DNA from: Amoebidium appalachense
Taxonomy: Eukaryota > Protista > Ichthyosporea
Direction: 5' to 3'
DNA: 64,000 nucleotides
Assembly: GCA_963693365.1 (NCBI GenBank)
Contig: CAVNZM010000001.1
Coordinates: 16,053,840 to 16,117,839 of the forward strand
The translations under genes were made by a program, and so were the position numbers. The notes beneath the pieces were generated by a model. It did no database searches and had not been told where the DNA came from. It saw only the letters and a program-made list of their open reading frames with translations. Positions 27,313 to 64,000 of this stretch are shown piece after piece (the stretch's first letter is position 1; every line of letters begins with the position of its first letter).

Positions 27313-28028
27313 GTAGTTTTCCGACTTTTTGGAATTTTTGATTTTTTCAGTCGTCATTGACTCGTCAAAGGTGAAGTACACATGAAGAAATAAAGAGCCT
27401 TTTTCTTAAAACAAATTCCAACTTTATCAATCAAATACCTATTTTTGTTTCTTATTTGGTGAGGCATTGGTTTCAGCGTCCCATGCTTTTTTTATGTGAA
27501 GATTTGTCCCCAAATTCCCAAAAGCTTGTTGTTCCGATTCACGAGAGCTTTTGGGGAACCCACGCAGAGGATGCCCAACAGGCACCTGCGTCACCCATTA
27601 CAAAAACAATAATATTACCAACACAATGCCTGCTAAAATCAGTCCTTATATGCTCCTATCCGCACATGACTTCAAGACTTTCTTCCACTTGACGTAACTC
27701 AAGAAAGTTGGGGAGGCGTCTGCACCCTCCGAGTCGTTTCTGTGCAAGCTTGTCCTATGCATAGCGAGAAATACTTGCATGATTGCGAATTTTACAACTT
27801 TTTACACCAATAGGAAGCCACGCTGGAATTCACGTATGTTTTAAGCAAATATGTACACAAACGTGGTGATATGGGTATGGGTCGGACAGTGTGATAGTCT
27901 CCTCCCACTGCACACAAAAGATTTTTGACCATATTTGAGGCCACTAACTTTCCTAAAAACTACTATAAAGAAACAATCTAACACAGTAATAGAAACAGGC
28001 CGTCATCAAAACACTTACTCAAAAGAGA

Positions 28029-28583
28029 ATGATCACGTTAGTTAGGCTAGCCCCCATTCTTCTATGGGCTCTGTGTATTCTCTCCCCTTGCATGACTGCT
28101 GCTCCTAGCAAACCAGCTCCCATTACCACCGCCACCGCCACCAAACCACCAAGCACAACCACTAGCCATAATGCCACTACTATGCCCGTTCATAACGCAA
28201 CTAGCACCAACTTTACATGTGGCCACCTCACCTTTCCGTTAAAGATGCTGCTAAAGGAGTATCGGTTCATCAGGATCACTCGTGCGTGCGACAACAACAC
28301 ATATGCCATAGCAGACACAAAGAGACCGGTCCCGAACTACAACAAGCCAAAAGGGGAAGGTTTTGAGTACCTCTGCTCAAGAGGATACTTTCTTTTCTTT
28401 AAGCAGGCGGTGGGGAAGTGGTGCTTTAGGACGCTGGATTCCGAGTGCGTTAAAGGCAAAACACTCCAAGATAAGCTCAGCGCAATGCTTAAAAAGTATG
28501 TCAAGTGCCCAAAGAAGGTAGTGCCTGGGTCGACGGGGAAACCAAAAACCAGCACGAGGAAATTGTGGCAGGCGAAAATGTAA
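28029..28583 (+). CDS. Intronless 184-aa secreted protein: signal peptide, Thr/Pro-rich stalk, basic domain with six Cys
   Basis: MITLVRLAPILLWALCILSPCMTA signal; sequons NAT, NAT, NFT, NNT; TATAAA near 27964. Confidence 0.7.
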   Translation: MITLVRLAPILLWALCILSPCMTAAPSKPAPITTATATKPPSTTTSHNATTMPVHNATSTNFTCGHLTFPLKMLLKEYRFIRITRACDNNTYAIADTKRPVPNYNKPKGEGFEYLCSRGYFLFFKQAVGKWCFRTLDSECVKGKTLQDKLSAMLKKYVKCPKKVVPGSTGKPKTSTRKLWQAKM

Positions 28584-29096
28584 AGGCACGATTCCGGTGA
28601 CGGTAGATAATCATATACGCAGTGCCTTTCTTCGGAAATAGAAACACCATGATTGTGGCAGATACATGTTCTAGCATATATTGAGTATTTTATGGGTCGC
28701 TAAACCATTAATGATTTATTTGTATGATGTGTGCTGTGAATGAGTGAGGTAGGGAGTGATTTATTATGATATCACCGTTCAAGTTCATAAGGACCTTCTA
28801 GACGTGGTGGGGACGGTGGTTTATTGTTAAAGGATATGTGGACGTCATTCTGTTATGATGCTTGATGATTAGGTAATTTAACGAAACTTAGGTGTTTGAT
28901 TGCGTAGGCGAGGATCCGGATAGTATGGTCCGTTCCAAAAGCCGCTAGCGCAAAAATGAAATACCGAGTAATAATTAAAGAAGCACTTGTGAGCACTGGC
29001 TTATTTTCAGGTCCCCGACGACCATTTCTCAACGGTGCCTTGGGAAACACTACTGGGAAACTTGAACAAGGCTTTCGGCGTGCATGCAAAAAAACC

Positions 29097-29133
<37 letters not shown>

Positions 29134-29887
29134 ACCTTAAACCCCTGCTCCCAGCTTTCTCCCCCCTCCATCTCCCCCCCCCCCGGCCCCCCTTCTCTCC
29201 CCCTCCCTCGAGCTCTTCGGATGTAGTGGTTCCTGATACTACTTCGTGTCGGATATCATCACGGAGATCGTGAGTTGGAGCCTTACTTTCGGAGTTGCAC
29301 AGGGAAAGAATCACCGAGGAGCGACTGCACGTACACCAAGGACATACGGCGCAAGATCAGGTCAAAGTTGCGTTGAGTCAGGTGCGGAAATAGTAGATTA
29401 AGCACACATACGTGCGCAAAGTATCAGAGCTGTGAAAACTAGTCCTAGTTAAACGGACGAGGGTAACCGGATAACCACGAGATCTGGCTGGTGTTCTGGC
29501 CTGCTCATGATATGCATGGAAACACGAACTATTGCCCAAGCAGGTGTAATAATATGTAATCTCTCTGCACTTTGTCTGTGAGATTTTCCTTTAATGTCCG
29601 TGTGTGAGAGCTTGCAAGAGCCGCGCTAGGTGCATCAGTACATCCCTGGGTGTGCTCTATATTACTCCAAGAGCCGAAGTATTCGTGTGCACAGTGCATG
29701 ATTCCGTATCAATCTGTGTGCAGATTTATAGAAGTGTAAAAATGTGAGGTCTAGACAGAAAATTTGAATTTACCTTGCGTTGTCCTAATCAACCCTCACG
29801 TGTGTTGGCCTACCACGAGAGGGAGTAAGGATCGAGTCCGACTAAGGTCATAGCTGGCCTCCCGGAAGAGGACTTCGGACCGGGGAA

Positions 29888-29918
<31 letters not shown>

Positions 29919-30415
29919 TAGGGGGAAAGCCCTGCTCCGTGCTGGTGCGCTTACCCCCAAATATATACAACGCCGCTCTGTGTAGCAGTGCATGTGTGTT
30001 TATGTTAGTTTCTTCGCATGCTTTTGATACTTGCCCGTCCGCCCCTTTTCGGTTGGCCTCGAGCTGTTTCAGCCTGTTTGCATCAAGGCAGCCAGAGCAG
30101 AAGGCCTTGGTTTGCATGTACATTTCATTTGCATGCACCTGATCTGGGCGATAAGCAAGACCAATCAAATCAAAGATTCACAAAAAGCGCGCGAAGAAGT
30201 CTGCGAGCAGCGCGCCAACTTGCCACTGAGGTCAACACAACACTGGGATTCTACGAACTGCTTCTACGCATACAGTTACTTGGGAATGCACAAAAAGTGA
30301 AAGGAGAGGGTATAGAAGTGTGCGCAGTGTTTTCTTTGACTAAATATATAGTAAGGCAGGAAAAGTTAAACAGTGGAGGTCACATACCAGGGCTGACAGG
30401 CTGAAAGCATCAACC

Positions 30416-50116
<19,701 letters not shown>

Positions 50117-51140
50117 ACTCCCGTTTTGTTTTGTTTTATTTTATTTTATTTTATTTTGGCTTATTTCCTTTACTTTTTTTCCCGGATTCTCCTTTTTCCT
50201 TGCTTATGTGGTCTTCTACTATCTTGGGAGCTGCCGTGTGGATATTATTATCCCGTTTTGATTGCAGTGCTTGCAGGGTTGGAGTCGCTGTAATTGGAAT
50301 CCCTTTACGATTACGTGGCGGTTTTTTTTTTTTTGTAGGAACTTAATTAACAGGGCATTAACAGGGCTACTTGCCAGAGAAACTCGGGGTTTGCAATCTC
50401 GCATATAAATGTATGAACCCACCGATGGATATTGTTTGTTTACAGGCGATTTACAGGCGGTCTTGTGTAACCGATTCAATGATTCATGTAGCCTGAAGTT
50501 CATTTTAGCTAGATGCAACTTGGGAATTGCCAGCCGTCATCTGCATTTGCATGAAATTTAGCATATCTAACAATTTCTGCTTGCTTGGGGTCACCATGTG
50601 CAACCACGTGTATATGGATGATGTACCTACTACGTAGTGCTATATGTACCAGCAGTCCATCCCGCTTGGATATCTGGGAGATATACACGAATATTTCAAA
50701 AAGGAATTTAAATGCCGCTATCATTATTCATACTCAAGCTTCCAGCTGGCCTGGGGCGTTACTTGGAAATTTCACAGAACGACCAGTTTGAATGTCTGAG
50801 CCGGTATAACTCGATCTACATAATAAATATTACGGCATGCCGCCATATGCATTCATACATCGTGCAACCAGTCATGCGACCATATATGGCATATTCACTT
50901 GTGGTACGGTGGCTTTTAATAGTTCTAGACTTGATCCGATCGGAGTGAAGACTAAAGAACACATTCCTAACACACACGTGCACGCATAAGCCACACAAAC
51001 ACACACATCCACCCACCCAGCCACAGCCTGGCATTCCCCCACACCCACCCACCCACCCACACACACACACGGCCACACGTGTGTACATCTTTCTCCCCAA
51101 CGGCATGGCCCGCCCACGCATGCATACACCCACCGTGCCC

Positions 51141-51172
<32 letters not shown>

Positions 51173-51248
51173 TTCTCCCCCTCCCATCCTTCTTGTCCCC
51201 CCCCCCCCCCCCCCCCCCCCTCCCTATCACCACCACCACCACCACACC

Positions 51249-51290
<42 letters not shown>

Positions 51291-51313
51291 CACTGTACAG
51301 GACTCCATCAATG

Positions 51314-51348
<35 letters not shown>

Positions 51349-52101
51349 CGCAACACAACCCCTTTTCTCCACACACACACACACACAAACACACACATCT
51401 GTACACATACACACACATATCTGTATACACACACGCCCACACACATCTGTACACACACACAATCAATTGGACCATATTCGTGCGCTGGCACACACCTCAT
51501 AGCCACCGACATGCATATGGTATCCAAACAGGTCCACCAGAGGGCGGCGTGGTGTTGTGCACTTTGGGTGCAAGAAAGTTGTGCATCTGAGTCACAAGCG
51601 CTAGCCTAGACGTGATACTTATTTTACGTGCACAATCCTTCACGTTTGGAAAACCGAAGTTTCCGATTTATTTCAAACCGTCTGCATCACTAACATACAA
51701 ACAACTGTTAATTGGTTCTTCATTCTGGTACACTGTAAATTTGAATTGGCCATATATGATGCATTAGAATACACCTTCATCTTGTTGAGTCTTTTGACAC
51801 TGCCCAACGTTGAACATACAGTAAACGTGTATGTGATAAATGGTGCATGTGTCGTGCATTCGTACACATCGAGCTATCAAACCACAACAGTGGTATTTCA
51901 TTTACGAGAGCCTGCAAGCTCGAGCACATGCCCCCGCCACATTGGCCAGCCAGCCTCCTATCTATCTAATCCAAAAAAAAAAAAAAAGAAGGAAAGAAAG
52001 GAAAAAAAGATTTAGGAAACAATAAAAAAGAAACCAAAAAAGACTTAAGAAACTTTAAAAAGAAACAAAACTTCAGGAATTAAAGAGTCCCTGGAGCACC
52101 C

Positions 52102-63381
<11,280 letters not shown>

Positions 63382-63869
63382 AACTGATACCAGCACACTC
63401 TAATTACGCGTACTAAAATGAAAGCGAGATGTGACCACCAGCAGTGAAGTACTCAAGCGGCTGATCAGAACATGCGATTGTTTCTAGTAGGTCTTCGCTT
63501 GAGTAGATGCGTTAACATGCTACACAGGAAAAGTGAAGAATGTAATATTTGTAAGTTAATAAAAATAGTTTTATACGTTCACTACCTAGATTGACCGTTT
63601 CTTTTTGCCACATGCACCTTGCACTGTTTACTTTTCTCCATGGATGTGCACATCCGCACGTGTTTTTTTGAGACATTTCCGCTAACGGCCCCAAACCACA
63701 CGATTGGTCTAGCACGCACCGCGGTGTTTGCGCAAACGTTTTTTTCTCATTTTTGCATTTTTGCCTTTTCGCTGTGCACGTGGGTTTGGCCGCCGGGCCC
63801 TGGCGCCGGCCTGAGTGAGGTGAGCCACTATGGGCCTTAGTCTCTATAGCGCGCAAAAAACTTTTCGCG

Positions 63870-63902
<33 letters not shown>

Positions 63903-64000
63903 GAAAAAAAAATCCGAAACGGTGGCTCGAACCAGCTTGACGAGATGCGTCGATTGCCGCAATAAATTTTTTTGGCCAATTTCGGACCCCAATCAATTCG

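Noticed and set aside
28853-30404. Short ORFs upstream of LIG1
   Set aside because: No recognisable motifs or consistent splice pattern; may be decayed mobile DNA.
50500-51610. Possible small gene between the LIG1 and LAS1 3' ends
   Set aside because: One exon-like island (~51490-51605) but no coherent model could be built.

Overview
Eukaryotic genomic DNA, probably a unicellular eukaryote (organism not determinable here), with introns full of (GT/CA)n, (CT/GA)n and poly-G/poly-C tracts. Nearly all long ORFs in the supplied track are translations of these simple repeats. Manual splicing gives three conserved multi-exon genes: a yeast-type dolichol-phosphate mannose synthase (DPM1, minus), DNA ligase I (LIG1, plus, 26 exons) and the HEPN nuclease LAS1 (minus). 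There are also three intronless ORFs (C2H2 zinc-finger protein, membrane protein, secreted Cys-rich protein). Mobile DNA includes a ~4.3 kb tyrosine-recombinase (YR) retroelement, two copies of a CACAC-ended MITE with 2-bp TSDs, a second MITE, and a dispersed repeat tied to poly-C tracts. The two best leads are: (1) the YR retroelement, which has no evident gag, has RNase H fused to YR, has junctions at a TGTGG core, and carries its promoter-like motifs at the 3' end, where they would face the ORF only in a circle or tandem array; (2) the poly-C-associated repeat, whose clear intronic copies are all sense to host genes and whose two long copies share a covarying pseudoknot.
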